A stretch of 63,536 nt of DNA, filler included, from Cladosporium halotolerans (lineage: Eukaryota): NCBI RefSeq assembly GCF_011745625.1. It is 16 parts of 16 records of this genome, joined end to end, with 100 filler letters (N's around TTAATTAATTAA, not from the genome) between each part and the next. Parts side by side here need not be neighbours in the genome. Positions count along the whole stretch, not along the records: positions 1 to 4,214 come from NW_027191699.1; positions 4,315 to 8,375 come from NW_027191700.1; positions 8,476 to 12,535 come from NW_027191701.1; 13 more parts are not named here. One strand, written 5' to 3'. A model generated the notes under the pieces. That model had not been told where the DNA came from and searched no databases. It worked only from the letters and a program-made list of their open reading frames with translations. The translations under genes and the position numbers were made by a program. This document shows positions 1-12,025 of this stretch, one piece after another; position 1 is the stretch's first letter, and each line of letters starts with the position of its first letter.

Positions 1-1686
1 ACAATTTCTCCGATTCCCATGCACGATCTAGATGTGCGGGTCCATCATCAGCTTGGCGCGGGACTCCCGTGGCTGTAGACAAACGCCGCCCCAAAACTCA
101 ACGCGACCGAGTTGTCGAGCACGAAGTATTGATTGGGAGAGGCGACGAAGTCATGAGCTTGGTCTTTAGCCGGCTCGTGGTGTCCGCCAGGGGCGATCGA
201 TACGCTTCACATGACCCCGTTGAAAGGGGGCATATCGCACATCTCGGGACCCGATCACGATCTTCGCTTTGATGGTTCAGTCTGTACTGTGCTATACAGC
301 TTCCGAAAAGTATCGTCCATGGCTTCTATATTCATCGTGAGTAGGCTGTGCCGCTCTTGCCTGACAGATCCCCTAGGTTGGCGGGTCTGTCTTGCGCTGA
401 AAGTCGTCATGAAGAGGAGCAGGGAGAGCGAATCCACCGAACAAGGCTGTCGCTGAACAGAAAGCCTCCGGGCAGGGGCGCATTTCGTCGTTGATTGCGA
501 GGAGAGTGATGATCAAGCTCATTGCCACACACTTCTTTTTGCCAGGAGCGATTGAAAGACCAAAGGAATCATTTTACGTATCAGAAGCAGCTGGCAGTTG
601 TTCCAGAACATGGCTTGATCGAGATTTAGACATGATTCAACAGTCTTGCCGCGCTGGCGTCACAGTGAAGTCAAGCTAGGAATTTCAGGTACAGGTCCCA
701 GATGCGCACAAGACGAAAGCAACCTCTGTTGCGGCATTTGTGAATCATAGAAGCTGAGGCTTGGCGCAGCGCTGTCGCGCTATCTGTGCGCCAGCAACCT
801 GTGGACGTGCCCCCAGGTCCGGGACGTGGAGGGTTGCGAAAGCTTTGGAGGCCGCAAGTTGCGGAAGGGGGCCGTCGTCCAGTCTCTCACAAGGCGAGAC
901 GCAACCTCAAAGATGAACGAATCGGAGCCGACACACCCGAAATTGGCGCGCCTCAGCGTTGACCAATGCCGGCCCTGCGCAGGCTCCACACCATCATTGT
1001 CTGTCGACTGGACGCGACTGCGCCTCTGTCAGACTACATTACACCACCCTGCTAGATCAGCTCGAGTTTATGATGGCTTCATTATGGGCTTCACCACTGA
1101 CGCGGGGGACAGGGATGCTTTGGCAACGTGCGTGCATGGAGCGACAAGTGCTCCAGACTCGATCGTGGCGTGACAGAAATCGATCGAGGACATGCCATCA
1201 TAATCATTCCGCTTGAGCACCTTAGATCTCCGCCAAGGTGAGCTCGAGTCAGACGAGCGGACGGCGGCTGGAGAAGCCGCCGGGGAACGACCGTCCGACC
1301 GGCGCGCTGTGGTCAACGCGTGCCCTGGCGTGCCCGGGCGGGTCCTAGGACCCCAGGCGAGCAGCCTGGACCCTACAGTACAGACCTGTCTTCTGCTTCT
1401 CGACCATGTCATAGTGCTTGCAACGAGCACGGTGTCGCTGCAGTACTTGGTGCTGCCGATAAGATGGCAACTCGGCCAGTCTTCAAGGCTTGGCTGGTTG
1501 CACGTATTTCGCTAGATGCTGAAATATCTACTTGTCACCCTCGTCCGAATGGTCTATATGCGTTCGGAAGCAAGTCCTCTGTTTCGGCCCTTCCGAAACA
1601 CATCGGCTTAAGACTTGTTCTACACATGAGAAAGAGACGCGTCAATGGCCCCATTTTCGCTTCACCTCCTTGACACGACGAGTTCT

Positions 1687-2396
1687 ATGAAGCCACTGAC
1701 CGACTCCTCGTCATGTCAGCCTGGGACAACGTCTTTCATCGTCGACACTGTTCTCGCCAGCTTGCACGGCCTAGCTGTGGCAATCTATTCCTGCGTCGCG
1801 CTGCTCGTGTGGTACACGTGCAGGCTGCGAGGTTTTGAACACAACGGATTGTGAGTTGGCACTGTACGCTGGCCGCAACATCTCGTTCGTCCTGTCAGGG
1901 AAGCTTACGACAGTTTCGCAGCACAAGAACGGCGTTCTACGCTTCACTTCCTGCGGGTCTGCCCATACTTCTGGACTTTTACCTTTTTGGTGAGAATGCT
2001 CGAATGTGCTTGCATATTATATGGCTGCTGGTGCAGTTGACGGCTGGATGCTGCTCTGTGGTTCTGCTCTGGCGGAGTCTCGGCGAACAAAAGGAACTCG
2101 CAGCGATCAGATGGTGAGTGTACGCTCGTGGAGAAACCTTTGAGCGCAATACCAAACACTGCTGACATGGTGCACAAAGCTTGTTCACATTATTGGCCTT
2201 CTTGAAGATTGCGTGCATCGCCATCTTGCGCTCTGGCGTCGGAGCTCGCGCTTGGGCGACCTACATTGACCCTCTTGCAGTCTTCTTCATATGCCTGACA
2301 TTCTCCCCCGATGTCGTCTGCATGTTGTCGCGTTATCTCACATTGTGTCCGAGTACTAGCACGCTCGAAAAACGTATCTCCAATACCAGTTCATAG
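1687..2396 (+). CDS. Possible multi-exon membrane protein (boundaries uncertain, may be degenerate)
   Basis: Successive hydrophobic segments (LAVAIYSCVALLVWY; LHIIWLLVQLTAGCCSVVLLW; LLAFLKIACIAIL; LAVFFICLTF) with GTGAGT donors at ~1851 and ~2114. Confidence 0.3.
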
Positions 2397-3465
2397 CGCA
2401 GACGGGTTGGTCGAAAGACATGCAACCTGCCGAGCGGTCTGCGATCCGCTGCTTGTCAACGCAGCGTCTTCTTCCAGCATCCGGGCGCCCCGGACGCCAG
2501 AGATTCACCGTCTTCTCTCCAAGACACACTCTGCGCGTCCCATCTCTCAAGAGCTGCACGGCACGAAATTCCTGTGCCACTGCATGGTAGCAGGCAGACT
2601 TCACCGGCAGTCTCGCGAATCGCCCCCAAATCGACATTGCGGAAGAGCGAGAGCCAGGCAAGAGAGAATATGCACATGGTCGTGAGAGAAGGTGGATCAC
2701 TATCAATACACGTCAGTACTGTACCAGCGCGCGATGGGCTCGACCGTCTAGAAGGCGGCCTTGGCCCTTGCGCTTTCCATCCTACGCGGCCACCAGAACA
2801 CGGTTGTCTGTCGTTAATCCGGCTCGATTGCAGAAATTAAAGAGTTTGATCACCTGACTCAACGTGCATATCCTTCCGTGGAGATCCCACGAAATTGGCA
2901 AGATGGTGTTGCGCAGCAAGGGGTGTCCCACTCTCAGGCACGGCAGCAGTTGGGTGGATGGTAACAGCCCCTTTCCTGTGCTGTGGCTGAGTTACATCAG
3001 TCAGGTTGCCTAGACACTCACAGCTGAACACAAAGTGTGAAGACTACGCCAAGTCACGAAAAGCACACTTGGACGCCGCTCCGCGCCAAGAAGGTCACGG
3101 TCTGCCATGAGCTGCACACCATGACCCCACGTAAGCATGCGAATGGTTACATGTCTGCCGAGCGCCTACTGGCAGGAATTTTCTTGCCTTCTCTGCCCGA
3201 TTAAGGGATTGCCAGTGATGTCCAATTCCCTATCCCAGCATAGATGTATAACTATATCTCGGCAGCCCCAGTCATACCGAACCGCAAGATCTCCCGCTGC
3301 AACTGGTTCCTAGACCGCGCAGTGTTGCCTTTGATTCTATTTTCCCACAGCTGACACCATACCCTCACCACATCGAGCCGAGCTGAATGCGCCCACTCGG
3401 CCATCGCACGATATGGTGTCTAAAGGGTTTCGATTCTGTTTTGATTCGCCGCAAGGCTTGCAGCC

Positions 3466-4200
3466 GTGTCTGATGCAAGCGGTGACGGCGTACCTCAGAA
3501 GTACTTTCACGAGTCGCCCGCCCGCAGTTATTCCGACGCTCGTTTCGACAGAGGCCCATTGTCCAACGGTGAACGGCGCTCGCGTCTCTCTTGTCTGATT
3601 ACCTTCTTTCTATCCATAATGAACGATATCGGCGCCGAAACATGGCTCATGCACGGCTATTTGCTCGGGTGGTACTGGAACCGCAAGATCTTACCTTGGG
3701 ACCTGGATCTGGACGTTCAAATTACGGAGAAATGCATGCAGCACCTATCCAGCTATTAAAACATGACAGTGCACCGTTTCGAACTCCCCGGATCTGGTGT
3801 TGCTCGCGACCATCTGCTTGAGATCAACCCAAACTGGGCCAATACCAGCTTTGATGATGTTGATAACAAGATCGATGCTCGTTGGTTGGATATGTCGTCG
3901 GGGCTCTACGTCGACATCACCACACTGCGCTACAATGACCATGCTGAAACAGAGAAGGACGCAAAGGCAGTGGTGATGTGCAAGGACAGGCATCGATATT
4001 CGACGAGCGACATATTCCCCCTCGCAGACACCACATTTGAAGGTGTTGCAGCGAAAGTCCCCTCCGCCTTTGCGACTGTGCTGGCGCAGGAGTACGGCGT
4101 TTCAGCACTAGAAACGGCCGTCTTTGCGGGTCATCGATTCGACGTGGTCAGGCAAGAGTGGATGCCTCTCCTGGCCTCGGAGCGAGATGTCCGTGATTGA
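3466..4200 (+). pseudogene. LicD-family (MNN4-like) phosphotransferase, disrupted
   Basis: ETWLMHGYLLGWYWNRKILPWDLDLDVQ and NKIDARWLDMSSGLYVDIT motifs; in-frame TAA at 3757-3759 between two same-frame ORFs; upstream ATG at 3387 is out of frame. Confidence 0.88.
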
Positions 4201-4214
4201 TTGTTGACTTGCTG

Positions 4215-4314
4215 NNNNNNNNNNNNNNNNNNNNNNNNNNNNNNNNNNNNNNNNNNNNTTAATTAATTAANNNNNNNNNNNNNNNNNNNNNNNNNNNNNN
4301 NNNNNNNNNNNNNN
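4215..4314. other. Artificial contig spacer (N44-TTAATTAATTAA-N44); 15 identical spacers start at 4215, 8376, 12536, 16679, 20769, 24846, 28916, 32983, 37022, 41040, 44887, 48727, 52538, 56241, 59897
   Basis: Identical 100-nt linkers with stops in all six frames; contig lengths fall monotonically from 4214 to 3540 bp. Confidence 0.99.
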
Positions 4315-4990
4315 GGAGAGGGATGATGTCTTGAAGAAGGCGATGAGCGCATACCTCGACATCGGATCAAAGCTGGCAGTATCGTAAGGCGCACGTGACG
4401 TATTGAATTCAGGCGCGCGCCGCGCACATAAATTCAGGTTGAGACAGCTGCAGCTCAAGTTCCCTAACGCTCGAATTCAGCATCAACGGCGTGGGTGTTC
4501 GAAAATTCCGGCCGTGCTATACTTGCCATGGCTCGAAATGGACACTTCAGAGCAATGTGCCTTCCGTAGAGACGTCAGCGTGGTTAGAGTATTGCAGAGT
4601 TCTCCCGAATATATGCATGGTCAGAGATTTGAAGAGGCCCAACTGGGTGGAAAAAGGTGAGAAGTGGCGTGCTTGCCTAATCAACGTGACTCTAAATTTA
4701 GTGTTGCTTCTTCCTACTGCTCTCTTTTCTGGGACACGGGTTGTACGTGAATTGATTCAAATGAGCGGTGCGAGAAGTATGGACGGCCGGCCTCGTGAGC
4801 GACAGCAGTTCACCCTACGTGACGATGACTCCACGAAGCTCGAGCTGCTGGTCATGTACTGACTTTGCTCTATCTGCCACACCATACAGAATCGTACCGG
4901 TGTCTACCCTTCTGGCTTGCTCTAAAGCTTGAATCGGTACTGACCCTGACCTTCGATCTTCGATTTTCAATCTCTAATGACGCTCAAGCA

Positions 4991-6307
4991 TCACACGTAC
5001 GGGTACTCCCACGAGTCGCTCCAGTTGAAGTCCAGCTCGAGGAAGCTCCAACTGGTCCTTCGACGTTCGATCGCGCGCAGGCAAAATGACAACAAACGTC
5101 CGAGGATGGCATCGCCGCCGAGAAATGTGTGCGCTTGACAAGATCGTCCCAAAACGAAGCGACAGCGCGAACACTGCAATCTTGCCATCATGGCGTCGAA
5201 CCCAGGCACACTCAACAAATGACCTCTCCGCAAAAGCGCCCTATCTGCCCAGTCATCCTCCAGATCGAGGCTCCAGAAACTACCGCTCGATTGTCTTACG
5301 GCCTCCAACCCGGCAACGTCCTCCCACCAAGTGAGCTTGCGCAAAATATCGAAATCTGCCGTCACCCTTTGCCGCCTCTTCTCCCCAGTGTACGGTGCGA
5401 AGGAGACGCAGAGGGTACCATCGTCCCCCATCCTTCGAAGCCTCGGCTCTGGGATCCGACACGGGTTCAACGCCGCTCGTTTCGGCTGGTGAACGTAGTC
5501 TATGCCTCCCCGTGCGTACTTGTCGGCCTCGCGTTGGGCCTTCTCGCGGGGAGCGCTGTCGTGGCAGGTCCCGACCTTCCAAATGTAGGATTGCCCGGCT
5601 GCGGTCCGTTGTGCGTACAGGCACGCCGCCCCGAAACCGGTGATGAAGCACTGCGCGATTGAGGAATGCAGCTTCAGCACTTCTTGGATACTGCTCTGTT
5701 GCGACGGGTGTTCGGGGTGCGCTGCCAGCTCCACCTCGTGGCGTCGACCTCTGTGCAGCAAAGTGCCGCGCAGGACCCTCCGCGTCGAGGACGCCCGCCG
5801 CCCCTCGCCACGAAAGCCGTGGTTCTGGCGTTCCGGCACCTGATCTTCCGGATCGCGCGGCACATCCCATTTCACCCCAATCGAGAGTAGGTACGCAGCG
5901 AATTTGAGCCAATGCGACACGTGAGGGTGCGTGATGAACCTCCAATCTGCGTCCACCTGACTCGCTGCCGGCCAAAAATATCCGACCGCGCGCGACCCGA
6001 CGAGCACGACGTCGCAATCGTGCATCATGCTGCACAAGCCTTCCGGGTCTTGCACAAGCTTTGCCAGCAGTGGAATAGGATTGCATCTGCGTTTGATCAG
6101 GCAGTCGATCTCGGCCTGGTTGAAACCGAGGACTCTTGCCAGGGCTCTCATGGTGCCGGGCTTCAGGCCGGACCAGGAGAAAATGGCATCCAAGCAATCG
6201 AAATTCAACCTTACACGTGGTGTCGAGGCCGCCTCCCGCTCTGCATCGCTGGCAGCTGCGGGCGACAACGAGATGCGTCCGGTCTTCGACGCCAGGGCCT
6301 GGACCAT
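4991..6307 (-). CDS. Uncharacterised protein with Pol-beta-like nucleotidyltransferase signature
   Basis: ~438-aa intronless ORF; VLVGSRAVGYFWPAASQVDADWRF resembles hG[GS]x9-13Dh[DE]h; downstream LHSSIAQCFITGFGAACLY. Confidence 0.55.
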   Translation of the reverse strand: MVQALASKTGRISLSPAAASDAEREAASTPRVRLNFDCLDAIFSWSGLKPGTMRALARVLGFNQAEIDCLIKRRCNPIPLLAKLVQDPEGLCSMMHDCDVVLVGSRAVGYFWPAASQVDADWRFITHPHVSHWLKFAAYLLSIGVKWDVPRDPEDQVPERQNHGFRGEGRRASSTRRVLRGTLLHRGRRHEVELAAHPEHPSQQSSIQEVLKLHSSIAQCFITGFGAACLYAQRTAAGQSYIWKVGTCHDSAPREKAQREADKYARGGIDYVHQPKRAALNPCRIPEPRLRRMGDDGTLCVSFAPYTGEKRRQRVTADFDILRKLTWWEDVAGLEAVRQSSGSFWSLDLEDDWADRALLRRGHLLSVPGFDAMMARLQCSRCRFVLGRSCQAHTFLGGDAILGRLLSFCLRAIERRRTSWSFLELDFNWSDSWEYPYV

Positions 6308-6619
6308 GATGATGATGAATTTATTCCGCCCGGCGCTAAGCACCTAAAGGGCACTGCACTATTTACGTCACAAAGTATATACCTGCATTCCGGCGGGGTT
6401 GAACATAACGAAGCTCCATGCTCATTGTTCCTCGACACTGGCGGCTCTCCAAACAGTTTGTAATGTCTCTAGTCTCCATGTGCTCGTGCTTGGCGGTCGG
6501 CGGGCGCTCTTGAAGCTGTGTTTCCAAGTGTTCATCGTCCTATCTCCAGCGGATGAAGCGGGGACCTGCCGTGTGTACGAGGGTGTGGGGCGTTGCGGCG
6601 TTGCGGCGTTGCGGCGTTC

Positions 6620-8375
6620 AGGGTTAGTAGGGTACGGCTTTCTTGTCGACGTCCACGGTCTGAATTATCGTGTCACTCGGACTCGCTCGTTGCTGTCATG
6701 TTCGAATCGTTTGGTGGCTAGTGTGAAGTGAATCACAGCTCGCACGGCATCCATGTCCGGTGTCCAGTCGTCAGTGTCCATTGCGGATTTGCCTCCGAGC
6801 AAACGCGAGAAATCGTCCTCGTCTGTGTACACACCCAAGATCTTCCGCTGCTCAGTCCACCTGGCACAGTGAAAGACAAAATGTTCTCTTGACTCAACTG
6901 CTTCGCCACACCCGCAGAGGTTCGTCTCTAATGCTTTGATATTGTGCAGATACCCATTCAGTGGAGTCATGCCGGTGCGGAGCTGCGCGAGAATGCTCGC
7001 CTGTCTCTTGCTGAGGTCATCATACATGTGCCGAGTGTGACTTCCAGGCCAGGCAGTGTCGATTCTGCGTACTGATCCTCCGACAGTCGCCGGCACCTGC
7101 TCAGTCGCTCGCCTCAGGCGTTCCTGTGTCCTTTGAACCATACTTCTGGTCAGTCTGGGTCGATCTCTGACCACTCGTTCCTCGTCCGTGGATCGTTGCG
7201 CTAGCTGCTTTGCCTTTTGGCCCAACTCGAAGATCGGGCTCACCGGGGCCCACGTGAAGACCACGCGGTTGTGTAATTCTTTCAGACGTCTCACATGTTT
7301 TAGAATGCCGCTAATGATCCACTGTCCGGACCTTCGGGTGCCATTCCGCAACGTAACCAGAACGGTGCGGTTGTTGGTGAACACGTGCGTGACCTGGCCT
7401 CGCACGCGCGCCGACAGTGTATTGTCGTACACCGCACTGACGACCAAACCAAGTCCCACTTCGATCGAAGCCAGTGCGGCTGTGTAGGCATCGCTCTGCG
7501 CATTAGTGCCTACCGTCTTGTCGTACTCGCATCGCTCAGGGTTGTTGCGTATCCAGTCAATGCCATCGATGGCGCCGCCGATGCCAACCAGCCGATTTCT
7601 GGCCGACGCGCTGGTGGCGACACGGATGCCCGGAATGCCTTGGGCGCACCCGGCTGCCTGCTCACCGTCGTCTACACTGTCGGCTATGTCGAGTCGCGCG
7701 TCCCACGGGGCCGAGATGTAGGGCTGGGTCGCCTCCAGGTCATCCATCGGTGCTCCGCATGCGGACTCTGCGATCTTTTGCAAGGGTGACGTGTACCTCT
7801 TGCACGCCCGACGCCTGATCATCTGCGCAAGAGGGTGTGTGCTGGGAATGCTGTGCAGGTCGACCCACATCCTCAGGGCTTTTCGCGAGTGTCGTTCTTC
7901 TATCGTGGGTAGGCTGGCTTCTGCCTCTACCACCGCCGTGCCGACCGTCTGGAAGCACCCGACCACTGCCTGTCCACCGACCCTCTGCACTCGCTTGAGC
8001 ACCCTCTCTGCGCTGGCCGTTCTGGCGTGCGTCCATACGGACGATGCGTAGTCGACCACTGGTGCCACCGTCGCGTTAAACAGCTTGCGTGTCACCGACG
8101 GCGAGAGTCCTCGCAGCCGCTTCAGCGCCATGGCCGCCTGCAGCCCCTTCGTTGCAGCACGCGCGGTGTGCTCTTGATAGCGCAGTCGCGAATCCATGAT
8201 CAGCCCCAGGATCTTGACGCTGGCTGTGGGCAGCACCTCCTCGCCTTTGACGCTGATCGGCTCGTCCGCGGATTGACGGTTGTTCCTTGTGAAGTGGATG
8301 AAAGCAGTCTTGTCCCCCTCGAAAGAGGCACCGCTCCTGCTCTCCCACGCGGTCGCTCGTTGCACGATAGCGTCG
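6620..8375 (-). mobile_element. Tad1-like non-LTR retrotransposon, 3' part of ORF2 (RT C-terminus, RNase H-like domain, CCHC finger) plus 3' UTR
   Basis: ORF 6665-8365: VKILGLIMDSRL and VAPVVDYASSVW (RT end), FTWAPV, LAQLRTGMTPLNGYLH, CGCGEAVESREHFVFHC; runs off contig edge. Confidence 0.95.
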
Positions 8376-8475
8376 NNNNNNNNNNNNNNNNNNNNNNNNN
8401 NNNNNNNNNNNNNNNNNNNTTAATTAATTAANNNNNNNNNNNNNNNNNNNNNNNNNNNNNNNNNNNNNNNNNNNN

Positions 8476-9844
8476 CAAGTATGCGGTGACCACGACGAAA
8501 GTCGATGACACAGCAGCCTTCGTCTTCTCAAACTACACCGTGGCCGCGTCGAACGACCAGAGCCATCCCCTCAAAGCGGTGACGGGAGGTATCAGTGACT
8601 CTAAACGCCAGTCTCGATTTCCTCAGTCGACGTATCACCGGCACACAAGCAGTCGCGCGAACGAAAGTCCATTCCTGTGGGAAGTGTGAGTAGTAGCCAG
8701 ACGCTCCCACCAACGGGCCCCACGCTAACGGCGAATGTCCAGAGCGAGAGCAACGTCCGCAGCTCCACCGTGCGTCGTACAGTATCCGCCACCGCGGGAG
8801 GCCCCCTGAGTCATCATGGCTGACCAACTTGTCTGTAGCTTCTTCGAACCAGTCGCGATAGGTGACGACGGAGTGCACCGGGACGGTGGGTTCCGCAATC
8901 CCAACAACACAGACATCGCCATGGCAGAGAGCTTGATACTATGGCCAGAAACATCGCCCTCTGTCATCCTTTCTCTAGGTACCGGGCAGACTCGTCGGTC
9001 GCAGGTCCACACTCAAACACCCTTTCGGGGAAAGATCCAGAACGGCACGCTGGCCAGGCTTCTGCGATGGTCCCGAGCGAGGTTGCTGGAGGCCATAGAT
9101 GGCGAAGAGGTCCACGAGCGAGTGCGCGCCTCCTTGGACGACACCAGGCGTATGACATACTTCAGAATGAACCCCGAATTTCCAGACGACCTTCCGCGTC
9201 TGGATGATGTTGAACAGATGCAGCACATCCGCGAACATGTCAAGTCCTACCCATCCAAAGAAACGCGGACTGAATTCAAGATCGCACTAATCGCCTCGTC
9301 CTTTTTCTTCGAACTCTGCCGCAGTCCAAAGCACGGTCGGGCCGCCACGTATCTCTGCGAAGGAACCATCCGCATCAGAGGTGATCCCGGTCTCGTCCTT
9401 GACTTGCTTCTTTCCTTGAACTATCCGTCTGTAGAGTTTGTGAGCGAAGAGGACGAATTGGGCGAGGTGTGCTTGGCAGACGCGATCTGTCCAAGTTGCA
9501 GGATGTTCGCTCAGCATGTCCAGTTCCACGTCCGTGACCGAGACAACCCCCACGCCATCTACATCAAGCTCGATAAAGACGTGAAATACCCAATATCGGG
9601 CTTTCCTCAGACAATGTCGTGGTTCTGCAAGCAACAGGGCCTGTTCGACGCGTTCTCCGCCGGCCCCTCAGAACGTGAGCGGTGTGTCTGCGATCGTTTG
9701 CCAGAGCTCCCCAAATTGGATGACCGAAAGCGGAAAGCTTCATCTCAACAGCTTCCGACACGAGCCTCCAATCACCGCAAAGCGAGAAAGCTAACGCACG
9801 ATGAGTTCAGTCCTACTCCCGATGTGGACTGCAGCGGGCGGTGA
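8476..9844 (+). CDS. Patatin-like phospholipase, C-terminal part (5' truncated, 2 introns)
   Basis: FVFSNY...FLWEV / ARATSAAP / FFEP...DGGFRNPNN...ILSLGTG motifs across GT-AG introns; C-terminal IASSFFFEL...CPSC extension. Confidence 0.88.
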
Positions 9845-10267
9845 GCAGGTCACGAGACATGACGACCTCCAAAGCAATGTTGTTGGTACCGCCAGGTCGT
9901 GCCATGAGAAGGCATCAACAAGAACTTTCGTCGTGGGAATCCAGGAGTTCTTCGAGAGATGGATTTGGGTATTACTTGTGCTCAGGACTGTTATCCTGCC
10001 ACAAACAAATCTTTGCGCAACCCTTTTGCAGGCCCTTGTCGCTGCCGAAGACAGTGCTTTGACGACAGGCAGTCCCACCTTTTCCCGGGATTTGCTCACC
10101 AAGCTCCACCCTGGAAGCCCGTATCTCGATTTGCATAGTGCTGTAATATTACGTAGCTCCGCTAGATACGTTCGAACCATTCCCAAGAAGACCCTTATAA
10201 CGTATGTTCTATCCGCGCAACGTCTGATCTGGTCATTCTTTGCTCAAGTTACACCACCGCGCCAACA

Positions 10268-11716
10268 ATGGAGACCGTCCGGATGTTGCGCACCATCTCC
10301 CCAGAGTCTTTTGCAACCAATCGAGACCGGGTCGAAGCCCTGAATGCGTGTCAAGCGCTGCTGACCAGGCTGCAAGATCCTTTCGAGCGCGTCTGGGAAG
10401 TCGTAATCGATGTTCCCGCCCTCACGGCTTCCGTCAAGTTGTGTCTGGACATTGGGCTCTTCCATTCCTGGAAGGAGTTTGGCGATACGCAACAGAGCTG
10501 CCGCGACCTAGCGAAGATGATCGGCTTCAAGCAAGTCGACGTGCTCAGTGAGTTATATCAACCGACAGACTTATTGGCGGCGCGCAACGGTTGACCTTTG
10601 CCATCCCAGGCCGGATCCTGAAGCATCTTGCCGCACACGCCGTTGTCGAAGAGGTCACCACCGACACCTACAAACAGACTCGTTTCTCCGACGCCTTGCT
10701 GACATCTGCCGGCGCAGGCATCGACTACTTGTAAGCCTGATCGGACCGACCAGTATCCTCACCGGAAGAGGTCAGCGGGATAACCTCAGCCTAGTTACGA
10801 TATCTCGGCGAAGCTGTACCTCAACCTCCCAGAGTACTTCCGCAGTCACTCCTATAACCCTCCTTCCAGCCCTCGCGACGGGCTTTTCCAACGCACCTTC
10901 GCTTGCAAAGGACAGACCGCCTTTGAGTTTTACGGGGCGCCTGAGCAGCAGGAGATGTCGAACACCTTCAACCACTGGCTGAAAGCCTATCGTCTCCATC
11001 GCGATCCGTGGATTGACCTGTACCCTCTGGAAAACATCCTCACCGGGTACAGTCAGGGACCGCTCATTGTTGATGTCGGCGGCAACCTTGGAGAAGACTT
11101 GGAGCTGTTTCGACGGAAGTATCCCGCACACGGTCAGCAACTGATCCTGCAAGACCTTCCTGACAAAGTGGCACGCGCAACTTGTTCAGCAGAGGTCCAG
11201 CGTATGGCGCACAACTTCTTCACAGCGCAGCCCAAGTTGGCGCTGGGTGCCCGTGTGTACCATCTACACAGCATCATCCACGACTGGGACGATTTGGACG
11301 CGGGGCGGATCTTGGGCCACATCAGGGATGCAATGATCCCCGGGTACAGCAAGCTGCTGATCAACGACGTCATTATCCCGGTACGCCAGCCATCCCGCCG
11401 CGACACGTCCGTGGATGTGCACATGATGGTGAAGCTGGGTGGCAGGGAGAGGACGGAGGAAATGCTGCGTGGCCTAGTCGAGAAGCTTGGGCTGAAGGTT
11501 TGTGGTGTCTGGGGATCTGGTTCTTCGGAGACGAGCATCATGGAAGTCGAGCTGCCCTTTCCAAAGTGTGAAGCACAAGCTGCACCTGCAGTCGGCGTCG
11601 AAGTGGCGGGTGTCAAGCAAGGACACTCGGTAGTAGAGCGGCAGGGCACAGCGTGGAGGGTCGGGAGCGGTTCGGGCTTGCTTGAAATTCGCGAGCTTAG
11701 CGTCTCCCTCACTTGA
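10268..11716 (+). CDS. SAM-dependent O-methyltransferase (OmtB/sterigmatocystin-OMT-like family); exons 10268-10547, 10610-10730, 10795-11716
   Basis: LIVDVGGNLGEDL, LILQDLP, HNFFTAQP, YHLHSIIHDWDD, GGRERTE; splices restore one open frame. Confidence 0.92.
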
Positions 11717-11955
11717 GCCTGTGGTCTTCGCATCTCACGTCGGGGGGGTAACCAGGGTTAGGGTTGGGGTTATGTCGTTCCTGGTCTCTCGAATAGAAAT
11801 ATGGTCCACATGAGTTTTCTCATCATGTCTGTTACAGAACTCGGCTGAAAGAGCTTGCACGTGATATCTTGCTGTAAATTTGGTACAGTAAATTAGATTT
11901 AATACAGTCTGTCTGTAAACAACCACGGCCCAAGATGGAAAAAGATAAAAAACCG

Positions 11956-12000
11956 CACGACATCGTGCTACACGACACCGCGCCACACGACATCGCGCCA
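11956..12000 (+). repeat. 15-bp tandem repeat x3 (CACGACAYCGYGCYA)
   Basis: cacgacatcgtgcta cacgacaccgcgcca cacgacatcgcgcca. Confidence 0.85.
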
Positions 12001-12025
12001 CAACTTTCCAGAAGCCTGACAACGC

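Noticed and set aside
3757..3759. Stop-codon readthrough or alternative genetic code explaining the in-frame stops
   Set aside because: Lesions are mixed (TAA, TAG, indels) and intact genes end with standard stops
4259..4270. Recurrent TTAATTAATTAA as a biological repeat
   Set aside because: It is always centred in identical N-runs, so it is a six-frame-stop assembly linker
6590..6618. (GCGTTGCG)x3 microrepeat as the LINE tail
   Set aside because: GC-rich and unlike the A-rich tails of Tad1-like elements; cannot be assigned
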